Source of the DNA: a bacterium
Lineage (GTDB): Bacteria > SAR324 > NAC60-12
Reading direction: 5' to 3'
Assembly (NCBI GenBank): GCA_965233585.1
Contig: CBDDTI010000698.1
Span: 1 to 13,186, forward strand
Length of the DNA stretch: 13,186 nucleotides
Position 1 is the first letter of the stretch. Each line of letters begins with the position of its first letter. Under the pieces are notes generated by a model. It saw only the letters and a list, made by a program, of their open reading frames with translations, was not told the origin of the DNA and made no database searches. A program made the translations under genes and the position numbers. Positions 1 to 9,498 of this stretch are shown here, piece after piece.

Positions 1-51
1 CCCTACCGATCCAAACCCTCACCGATCCATGGTATGGAATTTTCCTGGTGA

Positions 52-2312
52 AAGATATTGGCATTATTTTCCAGAGGTTCCCATCACAAGCCCAGAAAAA
101 ACACGGAAATACCGTTTTCAAATAGAAGATATTGGCATTATTTTCCAGAGGTTCCCATCACAAGCAAAAAAACGGAAATGCCGTTTTCAAATAGAAGATA
201 TCGGCATTATTTTCCAGAGGTTCCATCACAAGCCAAAAAAAACAACGGAAATCCCGTTCTCAAAAAGAAGATATTGGCATTATTTCCCAGAGGTTCCCAT
301 CACAAGCCCAAAAAAAGGGAAATCCCGTTTTCAAATAGAAGATATTGGCATTATCCCGTTTTCAAATGAGGTTCCCATCACAAGCCCAGAAAAAACACGG
401 AAAATCCGTTTTCAAATAGAAGATATTGGCATTATTTTCCAGAGGTTCCCATCACAAGCCCAAAATAAGGGAAATCCCGTTTTCAAATAGAAGATATTGG
501 CATTATTTTCCAGAAAAGCCCAAAAAGACACGGAAATCCCGTTTTCAAATGAGGTTCCCATCACAAGCCCAGAAAAAACACGGAAATTCCGTTTTCAAAT
601 AGAAGATATTGGCATTATGTTCCAGAGGTTCTCATCACAAGCCCAAAAAAAGGGAAATCCCGTTTTCAAATATTGGCATTATTTTCCAGAACAGCCCAAA
701 AAGACACGGAAATCCCGTTTTCAAATGAGGTTCCCATCACAAGCCCAGAAAAAACACGGAAATTCCGTTTTCAAATAGAAGATATTGGTATTATTTTCCA
801 GAGGCTGCCATCACAAGCAAAAAAAACATTGGAAATCCTGTTTTCAAATAGAAGATATTGGCATTATTTTCCAGAGGTTCCCATCACAAGCCCAAAAAAA
901 GGGAAATCCCGTTTTCAAATAGAAGATATTGGCATTATTTTCCAGAAAAGCCCAAAAAGACACGGAAATCCCGTTTTCAAATGAGGTTCCCATCACAAGC
1001 CCAGAAAAAACACAGAAATTCCGCTTTCAAATAGAAGATATCGACATTATTTTCCAGAGGTTGCCATCACAAGCCAAAAAAAACAACGGAAATCCGGTTT
1101 TTCAAATAGAAGATATTGGCATTATTTTCCAGAAAAACCCAAAAAGACACGGAAATCACGTTTTCAAATGAGGTTCCCATCACAAGCCCAGAAAAAACAC
1201 AGAAATTCCGCTTTCAAATAGAAGATATTGGCATTATGTTCCAGAGGTTCTCATCACAAGCCCAAAAAAAGGGAAATCCCGTTTTCAAATATTGGCATTA
1301 TTTTCCAGAACAGCCCAAAAAGACACGGAAATCCCGTTTTCAAATGAGGTTCCCATCACAAGCCCAGAAAAAACACGGAAATTCCGTTTTCAAATAGAAG
1401 ATATTGGTATTATTTTCCAGAGGCTGCCATCACAAGCAAAAAAAACATTGGAAATCCTGTTTTCAAATAGAAGATATTGGCATTATTTTCCAGAGGTTCC
1501 CATCACAAGCCCAAAAAAAGGGAAATCCCGTTTTCAAATAGAAGATATTGGCATTATTTTCCAGAAAAGCCCAAAAAGACACGGAAATCCCGTTTTCAAA
1601 TGAGGTTCCCATCACAAGCCCAGAAAAAACACAGAAATTCCGCTTTCAAATAGAAGATATCGACATTATTTTCCAGAGGTTGCCATCACAAGCCAAAAAA
1701 AACAACGGAAATCCGGTTTTTCAAATAGAAGATATTGGCATTATTTTCCAGAAAAACCCAAAAAGACACGGAAATCACGTTTTCAAATGAGGTTCCCATC
1801 ACAAGCCCAGAAAAAACACAGAAATTCCGCTTTCAAATAGAAGATATTGGCATTATTTTCCAGAGGCTCCCATCACAAGCCCAAAAAAAGGGAAATCCCG
1901 TTCCGTTCAAATAGAAGATATTGGCATTATTTTCCAGAAAAGCCCAAAAAGACACGGAAATCCCGTTTTCAAATGAGGTTCCCATCACAAGCCCAGAAAA
2001 AACACGGAAATACCGTTTTCAAATAGATTTTCCAGAAAAGCCCAAAAAGACACGGAAATCCCGTTTTCAAATGAGGTTCCCATTGGTATTATTTTCCAGA
2101 GGTTGCTGTCACAAGCCAAAAAAGACAACGGAAATCCCGTTTTCAAATAGAAGATATTGGCATTATTTTCCAGAGCTTCCCATCACAAGCCCAAAAAAAG
2201 GGAAATCCCGTTTTCAAATAGAAGATATTGGCATTATTTTCCAGAGGTTCCCATCACAAGCCCAAAAAGACGGAAATCCCGTTTTCAAATAGAAGATATT
2301 GGCATTATTTTC
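52..2312. repeat. Tandem satellite, ~71-bp monomer with ~62-bp and 50-bp deletion variants, organised into a 619-bp higher-order repeat
   Basis: Monomer AAATAGAAGATATTGGCATTATTTTCCAGAGGTTCCCATCACAAGCCCAAAAAAAGGGAAATCCCGTTTTC is reiterated throughout. Diagnostic variants recur 619 bp apart (CTCATCAC at 631/1250; ORF starts 497/1116, 673/1292, 929/1548). Confidence 0.97.
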
Positions 2313-2696
2313 CCAAATTCTCAAAAGAAGATTGGCCGACAAACCATTTTCAAATAGAAGATATTGTCGATCAAACGACCAGTGGGGAAGCGGAAAAGAC
2401 CATTTCAAATATAGAAGATATTCATTATACCAACCCCAAATTTTCAGAACAAGATAGTGCGACAAACCCTTTTTTAAATAGAATATATTCGGTTGGATGA
2501 TCCACCAAGTTTGTGCTTTTGGTGTTGGTCTAAATGGTTTTTAATTAGAAGATATTAGTTTGGACCCTACCGGGGCCATGGTTGCGGAGAATGCCAAAGT
2601 AGCTCCAACATCCCGGATGTTCTACCATTTTGGGTCATTGAATTAATTTTTGAAATGGATTTTTCCGCGCGTCCAAACCCGTTTCAAATAGAAGAT
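2282..2696. repeat. Diverged continuation of the satellite: TTTTCAAATAGAAGATATT-like motif separated by divergent linkers
   Basis: Motif copies at 2282, 2347, 2403, 2471, 2538 and 2681. Linkers 2301-2346 and 2423-2470 are related to each other. Confidence 0.8.
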
Positions 2697-2744
2697 CGGT
2701 TTTCCGATAATTCCTGAATATTTTCTACAATCACGGTAAAAAAT

Positions 2745-2940
2745 ATATATGAACCAACAGCGTAGAAATATACAGTGCAGGTACATCAGTGTTGGCCGGG
2801 CACTGATGTCACATCCACTTGGTGCGGTCTTTGTTAGATAGATAGGCACACCAAGGGACCCTCATCCCCCTGCTAATGAAACAGGTCACAGATGTAGAAG
2901 TTTTACATCTATTCAGATGTTTCACACACACACACATTGT
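2745..2940 (+). repeat. Dispersed ~200-bp element, copy 1 (hairpin-rich core plus (CA)n tail; possible SINE/MITE-like or terminal repeat)
   Basis: Core 2775-2873 is near-identical to 12514-12609. Both copies share upstream AACCAACAGCGTA and downstream AAGTTTTACATCTATTCAGATGT followed by (CA)n. Confidence 0.85.
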
Positions 2941-3085
2941 ATCTCGACGCTACTGGCTGTTGACTTGCACGTCGCCAACCTTTGTGTCTCGACCCTACTG
3001 ACTGCTCTTCCACACACACTGTATATCGATGCTACTTACTGTTGATTTGCGCTTCTGCACAAACTCTATCTCCATGCTAGTGACA
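2938..3085. repeat. Degenerate tandem repeat, 37-45 bp period
   Basis: TGTATCTCGACGCTACTGGCTG (2938), TGTGTCTCGACCCTACTGACTG (2983), TGTATATCGATGCTACTTACTG (3020), TCTATCTCCATGCTAGTGAC (3065). Confidence 0.7.
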
Positions 3086-3223
3086 AAAACATTTGGAAAT
3101 CAACAAATTGCTGTTCGGATACTACAGTTACTAAACCACTGTGATGGAACAAAGCGGTGTTGCTGAAAGAACGCAGCTGATATAGGTCCAAAAGGAATTG
3201 AATTTTAAAGAAAAACAAAAAAA

Positions 3224-3320
3224 ATCAGAAAATTCCGAAACTCCAGAAAATTCAGAAAATTCAGAAAACCAAGAAAATCTAAGAAAAATCAGAAAATTCA
3301 GAAAACACAGAAAATTCAGC
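3224..3320. repeat. 9-bp minisatellite (GAAAATTCA-type), left block
   Basis: Reiterated TCAGAAAAT/CCAGAAAAT/ACAGAAAAT units. Confidence 0.9.
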
Positions 3321-3597
3321 AAACCTGCGAAACCCGAGTGCAGGAAAAAAACGCGATGGACCATCTTGGTTTGAAAAAACGCGATGGAAAACAAAAATTG
3401 CGATAAAACCAAAAAAAACGATAAATGATTTTGCCAAATTGCGGCACCCACAGCCTCGTTCTCTTTTAAGTCTGGGCGCCATGGATTCGGAGAATTGGTT
3501 CTGTGGAAATAAAAGATAGAGAGGCGGGATCTTGAAATGTTTGGGCCATGGCCACACATGCCGGAAATGTTGGTTTTAAAATGGTTGAAACATATGT

Positions 3598-3650
3598 CCG
3601 CAAATTTCCGCGATATTCCCGCAAATTTCCGCCATATTCCCGCGATATTT
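3598..3650. repeat. 21-bp tandem repeat, about 2.5 copies
   Basis: CCGCAAATTTCCGCGATATTC / CCGCAAATTTCCGCCATATTC / CCGCGATATTT. Confidence 0.85.
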
Positions 3651-3949
3651 GTGTTTTGTTTTTTTGTTTCTACAAGAAATATGTTGCAAACCTGTTTTCA
3701 ACTGTTGTGAGAGTTTTGCTCAGGCATATCACCCAATTTTTTGGGATTGCCTTTTCATATCTTCAGCCAAGATTGCCTTTTTCATATTATGTAATGGAAA
3801 GGGCGGCCAAAGCGTGTGAAGAACCTGAGAACACCTGAAATGACCAAAAATTGCGATATTTTAAATTTTCAAGCCTTTCCCATCCCGGATCTTCAAAAAG
3901 TAGGTTTTGTTGAATATCACTTTTTTTTCTGGCACTTAGGGCGCCCCAG

Positions 3950-4195
3950 GAATTCAGAAAATTTAGAAAACACAGAAAATTCAGAAAACCAAGACAATTC
4001 AGAAAACCCATTAAAATTCAGATTTTTTTAGAAAACACGAAAAATTTGGAAAATTCAGAAAATTCAGAAAACCCAGGAAATTGAGAAAAATCCGGAAATT
4101 CAGAAAACCCAGAAAATTCAGAAAAATCAGAAAATTCAGAAAAATCCGAAAATATAGAAAGAAACTACAGAAAATTCAGAAAATGTGGAAATTCA
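3950..4195. repeat. 9-bp minisatellite (GAAAATTCA-type), right block
   Basis: Same unit and orientation as 3224-3320. Translates as ENSENPENS. Confidence 0.9.
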
Positions 4196-4454
4196 AATAA
4201 ACATTTTAAAAACAAAATTAAGAAACCAAATTGTTTAAAGTAAAAAACATCTTCCAAAGAAATCTGCAATTCAGAAAAACAAGTAGCATTCCTCTTGGGG
4301 AGCTATCTTGAACCTAAACTATTATTCGCAAAAATTACCCTTTGCAGGAACTATCCTGTTTTTGAACTATCCTTTGCAGGAACTGGCAGGAACTGTTTTT
4401 TTTGTTACAACTGTTCCTTGCCAGCAATCATGTTCCTCTCTCATCGTTTGGATC

Positions 4455-5823
4455 CTGTAAGTTTTGAGCACCTTGTGTTTGCCCCCTTTGTGTGAGCCAA
4501 CAAGTCACCATATCATTGCAGTCTGCAGTACGACTAGGATCCCAATCGGAAATAATACTTGAAAAAATGCATCGAACTTATTTCCACATATTTTCAGATA
4601 TTTTAGAATCATAATGTTCAACTATATTTGATTATATTTTCAGATATGTTCAGTATCATGTAGTTGGTTCAAATAAAAAATAGTGGAACTTAACACGGTA
4701 TAAATTTTAATAAACAAGTTAAACAAAATATTAGTAGGATAATAGCAACTTATCAGATGCTTATTATCCTCGTTAAAGTGCCTGAAGCGAACATATCTAA
4801 AATTAGTAGTCTTAGTATGCCACCTTCTCGAAGGCCCTCCTGGTAATATTTTGGGGGAATGTGTAGCAGTGGAGATTGCGCCAGTAGCATGAAAGCCATC
4901 AAAGTACTGTAATTTCTGGGGAGAAATTTGGTTACATGGACCACCATGGACTGCAGTCTTGAACTATCATCAGCATCTCATAGAAAATTTCCGGTGAGAG
5001 TGACACTTTGCCGACAGCCAAGTGGATGAAAACCGCTTCACTAAAGATTAGATGAGATTGACAACCTTTTACTTCTACGTTTTGCATTTCTGCTCTCCCG
5101 CCCATGGTAAACTTCTGGCTTTGCCACGGGCAAATCGTCCATCAGGTAAAACTGCACCTGAGATCATTTGCGCTAGTCGGCATTTGATGTTTGTATGCAT
5201 TTTAGTATTTTAGTGTTCAGCAAGGAAAAGCGAAGTCAGCGTCAGTAGAACACCTCAGACAAGCCCATTCCTCAAATAATTACTCACGTACTCAGCTTTC
5301 AGACCTTTCATTTTGATCTAACCATGCAGAACATAGGCACGACTCGACCTAACCATGCAGAGCCGCCGCATGTAAGTTTGAGCCAGCGATGTTCTGATTT
5401 CAAGGCCTCTTGGATATACAAATCAGTCAGAGGTTGCGGACTCCCAACATACTAGTGTAAGATTATATGGTCGGGATGGTGATTGTTTTATCATGTTTTA
5501 TCATGTGTTATCCATAGTTATCCCTATACAGTAACTGACATTTCCGGAAATTGTTCATGTCCCAGCCAGCTGGACAAGCATCAGAGCACTCGTACCAGTC
5601 GTGTGCAATCTTTTTGTAGAATGGTTGTGATTGCAAATCCATAATTACTGATGCGATTATGGTACATTCATGAATCCTTATGTGTGTAACAGTTTTACCA
5701 AGAACATCCTTTTCGTGTTGAATTTGAGCTCACTCCCTTGGTGGTGTAGGTGTAGCCTTGAAATTGGCTTTCTCCTTTTGTGCAAATCCAGCTGCAGTCA
5801 GGGACTTCTTCTTCTTCTTCTTC
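4455..5823 (-). CDS. Spliced minus-strand gene, 3' exon chain; unknown protein with a weak SAM-methyltransferase motif-I-like segment
   Basis: Phase-compatible exons 5823-5757, 5609-5540, 5406-5354, 5157-5102, 5040-4959, 4839-4782, 4522-~4455, with GC/GT/GA donors and AG acceptors. They give KKKKKKSLTAAGFAQKEKANFK-IAHDWYECSDACPAGWDMNNFRK-CLEIRTSLAQTYMRRLCM-VQFYLMDDLPVAKPEVYHG-EAVFIHLAVGKVSLSPEIFYEMLMIVQ-EGLREGGILRLLILDMFAS-DCNDMVTCW with no stops. Confidence 0.6.
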
Positions 5824-6303
5824 CTGTTCCAAGGGCATGAATTTTATAAATGCAAAATGCAAAGGCTGAAGTCCCAGGTTCGTTAAATACATGTTGAAGA
5901 TGCACCAGGACCATTCTTCTCAAAAGCTTACCTACCTGGCCCAAGAATCTGCTAGTCGTCAAAGAAATGTCATTCAACTTCTGTTGGAATCACCACAAGA
6001 CTCAAGCTCAGCATTTGCATTTGCTCAGCTGGTAACGCCTCAATGGCTACTGAAGGCTAACAAAACTACAGCGAAAGAGAAGTGCCCACCTCAATTCTCA
6101 GCCCATGGTGCCTCCAGGATTCTGGACGTGAAGGTTTGAAGATGATTGACATGCTGATGGGTCTACCATGGCCTCCCCATGTCACGTGCGTTGTGTGTGT
6201 GTACTTTTGCCTAACATATCTTAACATATTCAAAATCCAGGACAATGGCGGCATCCTTCGGCTCAGAACAGGTCCCAGGTAGCTTACAGTAAGTGGCTGA
6301 TGC

Positions 6304-7950
6304 CATGGTGGTCAGTCTCAATGCCACGTTGTTCCTGGCGGCATCCTCGTGCTTGGAAGTCTTGTTTGTTGTCAAGATCCTGCATACCGTGTTTAACCAG
6401 ACGCATGGCATTCAGGCAGCCGTTGTCCGAAGGGTCAAAAGCTGTCTATCGTGGCCGCGGAATTGCTCTAATCATATTAGGTATCTTTTATTCAGACGGA
6501 ATCTTGGATTTCGAGAGAATGTAATTGTCAGTTTGCTTTTAATGCTTTACCACTTGTTTTTTTTAATTGTTTTTGTCTCAGTCTTAATTAGTCTGAATTG
6601 TGTCTGAGCTCAATCAGATAGACATCAATATGGCCCAGGACCCCACTTCAATCTCTTTTTTTCTGCCAAGAAAAGGAGTCTCGTGAATGATGAAGTAGCC
6701 AGATTACAAGTTTCTTGGTCTCGTGGCTTTCTCGTGGCATATGCCTTTCTAAGCATGAGCAGCCTCCTTTCTGTGCAGCGCAATGTTCTCCTGGACCGTG
6801 CACGCTGGATGTCTCCAATCTTTACCTGGACAAATGTTTTGGTGTTTGGATGTTTGACCTTGTATGTGCTATTTCCAAGTCTGCTGAGCACAAGAACGTT
6901 GAATCGCTTCTATGTGGTGGGCATGATTCTAGCAGCCGCATACCTATCACCTTGGCACACAGGCACAGATGAAATGTTTGATATGGCCTTGATTCTTTTC
7001 GTTTGCTGCCGGTTGCCAGCTGTGATCCTATGCGCTCGTACCTCGCTGGTTTTTCTCTGCAATCTTGGCTTTACCGTCTTGACCATCTACCGCGCCAGTA
7101 CAGAAGAGATGGCTTCTGAAGGGACTTTTGCATCACGGTATGTGATCCTTTGGACAGAATTGACAATGTGTGCTGTAACTGTCGCCTTCAGTTTTGCCCT
7201 TCTTTCAGTGCTGACCCGGAAAGCGGAGCTACAAGTTCAAGGCTGTAATGCGGAGACTCACTTCACTGCAGTTTCTTGGACTACAATAAACATGCACGAC
7301 ACATGTTCAAACGTCAAGACACATTGGAACGATTTAAGACTCTTTAAGGCGCTTAAGCCTTCTTTGCAGATTGAACGAGATTCTGTGCCCACGTCTTGGC
7401 GAGGCTTCAACCCTTTTAGGGCTCATGTGGGATGCAGTGGTTGAACTCGATTCGAACTTTTGCCTCACTGAGCACTCGAAAGCATTGGCTGCAATGCTTC
7501 TGAAGTCCAGCAACATTCAAGGCTCAGATCAGAGTTTGGAATTTGAAGCCTGCGCAAGCATGTTTTTTCAACAAGCATGTACCATCTTAAATCATCTTAA
7601 AACTTACGCAAGCAAAGCAGCACCTATTATTTTCTATGCTGACATTGGATGACATGGGTGTGCTTGTGTATGTATGTGTTCGTGTGTGGGTTTGCGTGCT
7701 GTAATTCAATCATACTCTCTGTGGTGACTTCAGTTTGCAGGCTATTTCATTGCTGCCTTTAAAGCTGTAAGAGGAACATCCTTTCACAGCGTCCCTTCGA
7801 CTCATTTGATTCTATTTGGATGCACACAAAAGATCAGAAACGTTGTATTCGTTGATTGATTGTTGATTGAAATTCGAAGGGTGTGGTGACCTTTTTCTCG
7901 GCTTTGTCCTTTTTCTGCAACATGAACTTGTTGGAGATATGTCGAACCAG
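6304..7950 (-). CDS. Candidate minus-strand exons lying in or next to introns of the plus-strand gene (probably the same gene as 4455-5823)
   Basis: Phase-compatible chain 7950-7891, 7780-7757, 7394-7359, 6652-6624, 6379-6304: LVRHISNKFMLQKKDKAEKK-DVPLTALK-TWAQNLVQSAKK-IEVGSWAILM-ILTTNKTSKHEDAARNNVALRLTTM. Confidence 0.4.
6305..6480 (+). CDS. Probable 5' coding exon of the plus-strand membrane protein (start uncertain: ATG 6305 or acceptor at 6415/6416)
   Basis: GCCATGG context at 6305. Phase-2 GT donor at 6481 is compatible with the AG|G acceptor at 6675/6676, giving ...SNHIR-SLVNDEVARLQ. Confidence 0.45.
6676..7270 (+). CDS. Large exon of a multi-pass membrane protein (about 6 hydrophobic segments)
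   Basis: Open frame of ORF 6683-7444 with successive hydrophobic stretches. GT donor at 7271 joins acceptor 7403/7404 in frame (THFTA-ASTLLGLMWDAVVELD). Confidence 0.85.
7404..7521 (+). CDS. Exon of the same gene; start of the PAS-like region
   Basis: ASTLLGLMWDAVVELDSNFCLTEHSKALAAMLLKSSNIQ. AG|G acceptor; phase-1 GC donor at 7522. Confidence 0.8.
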
Positions 7951-8145
7951 CTTGGTTGGCCACGACTACAGCTGCAATAATGAAAGTTCGTAACTTTATG
8001 ATACTTTGTGTATCAGGGCTACAGCCTAATCAGAACAATGCATGACACCATTTGTATCCATCCAATAGCATATTGATTTAATATGCATGTAGTCTTATTG
8101 AATTTATATCTAGCGCGTTCCTGCATGATTTGCACAATCTTGCAG

Positions 8146-8305
8146 GTGCAAGCCTCATGGATTTCATGCCTGTGGACGATGCAGACCGTGCAATGCAGCA
8201 TTTTCGTGCCTTAAGTGGAGACGCTGCAACTGTGCTGGCACATGCCTTCCACACTCGCTTGGTTGACAGTTGTTCAACGAGGCTTGAGACGGAAGTATTT
8301 CAGGT
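8146..8305 (+). CDS. Exon of the same gene; PAS-like core
   Basis: TTGCAG|GT phase-1 acceptor. GASLMDFMPVDDADRAMQHFRALSGDAATVLAHAFHTRLVDSCSTRLETEVFQV. Phase-2 GA donor at 8306. Confidence 0.8.
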
Positions 8306-8424
8306 GAAGCTTGCTCCAACAAGTGTTGTCACATTTTTTGAAACGTCTTCTTCAGCTATTGAGGCCAAAAGTAAAGATCTCCAAGGTTTATTTTTTAACC
8401 CATTTTTGGCACTTGGCTTTTGAG

Positions 8425-8551
8425 GAAGTACACCCGCATGAATGGGGAGCAGTGTCACTTGGTTGGTCTCCGAGAATTCTCAGACGCCAAGTTTGGCAGT
8501 GCAGATTCTTGTCGAAATTGTGGCGGCAGCGGTGGTGGTGGTGATGGTCAA
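8425..8551 (+). CDS. Exon of the same gene (3' boundary uncertain)
   Basis: TTTGAG|G acceptor. KYTRMNGEQCHLVGLREFSDAK... continues the frame. Several GT/GA donors are possible between 8491 and 8552. Confidence 0.7.
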
Positions 8552-9153
8552 GATCTGAACTTCCTTTTTTTATTCCTTGTTCCACAGACTTTCAAGAGTT
8601 TGAAGGTTCTCCTCAATCAGCCACCAGGCACATTTCAACCACTATTCTTGGTCCTAAACTGCACGTTTTGCATTCTTGCAAGCCCGGTGAGGAACGTCCT
8701 GAAGACAACACGCGTTGCATTCTCCCACAAGTCGCTGACAGCCAGGCAGGGGTGAGAAATCTGATCCACTACAAACATCAGAATGGATCAGACCTGTTCA
8801 AGTTTGTTTATAGTTTTTTCCTTTTTTTTCCGAGTCTTTGGAGATGTCTGAGTCTGAAGCCTCTCCCAACTTCTTTGACCTGATTGATGATTGTATTTGT
8901 ACTATACTGGACTGATTTGTACTGTATGTAGTTGGGCACGACGCCTCGGCGTTTGTGGGTGGATCATTTCAGCGAGATCCAAAGATGTCAACATATGTCA
9001 ACATTATTTTGTGCAGCATTTGATGCACCTTTGCAAGTTTTGACAACTGCTTTGCAGTCCAGTCATTCGTAACTCTTCGGTTTCGTCTCCATTGAAACAC
9101 TCGGCGCTCGTCACTGGATTGTACACCGTTTCTTTTCATGTGTTTTGACCAAG

Positions 9154-9224
9154 GGCTTCACGAAAGTATTTGCTCCACACAACCCTACTGCAACCCCAAC
9201 CCCACACCTAGCATAGCATCACAG
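9154..9224 (+). CDS. Candidate low-complexity linker exon of the plus-strand gene
   Basis: CCAAG|G acceptor, LHESICSTQPYCNPNPTPSIASQ, CAG|GC phase-0 donor compatible with 9499. Confidence 0.4.
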
Positions 9225-9498
9225 GCATGCGCAAGTCGAAGAAAGTCATCTTATTCAACGTACCATCGAGATCTCACCCCACCCACCCACCCATCCATCT
9301 TCACTGTCGCATTCATCATCGAAGCAACAGAATCTGAGTATCACTTCCTCACCATTTCATGACTGAAATAGCAGGGTACAGCTCCCATGCACAGGCACGT
9401 CCGCATGTCCCGCAGCACAATGGGTTTAGACCATATAGTAAGGCCCCCGCCATCCATACAGCGTGCAACCCTTTCTTGCATCTGCAATTTGGGTTGAG

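Larger units (their letters stand above)
3209..4282. mobile_element. Putative non-autonomous insertion with minisatellite subterminal arrays
   Basis: Composition differs abruptly from the flanks. 9-bp arrays lie at both ends. AGAAAAACAA at 3209-3218 and 4273-4282 is a possible target-site duplication. No TIR or transposase seen. Confidence 0.35.

Noticed and set aside
29..2500. Numerous 66-153 aa ORFs (FQIEDIGIIF, MALFSR...)
   Set aside because: They are translations of the satellite in all frames, mostly with non-ATG starts and frameshifting A-tracts.
52..2696. CRISPR array
   Set aside because: Intervening sequences are repeated or mutually related rather than unique, the context is eukaryotic, and no cas genes are present.
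2775..2873. tRNA, hammerhead or HDV ribozyme
   Set aside because: No TTC-containing T-loop or 7-nt anticodon arm. CTGATG is not followed by A and lies within a stem, and there is no GAAA core or HDV pseudoknot.
3131..4031. ORFs with FSEFSEF / ENSENL repeats
   Set aside because: Products of the 9-bp minisatellite.
4338..4396. Short local repeats (CCTTTGCAGGAACT x2; similar small duplications at 4588/4634, 5318/5349, ~5485, ~8985)
   Set aside because: Ordinary slippage-type duplications in introns.
6683..7444. 253-aa single-exon protein as listed in the ORF track
   Set aside because: The start is GTG inside an exon and the last ~57 codons are intron or out-of-frame read-through. The spliced model fits better.
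8692..8751. Possible plus-strand exon ERPEDNTRCILPQVADSQ
   Set aside because: No GT/GC/GA donor of the phase needed to join 9154 was found, so it is left unresolved.
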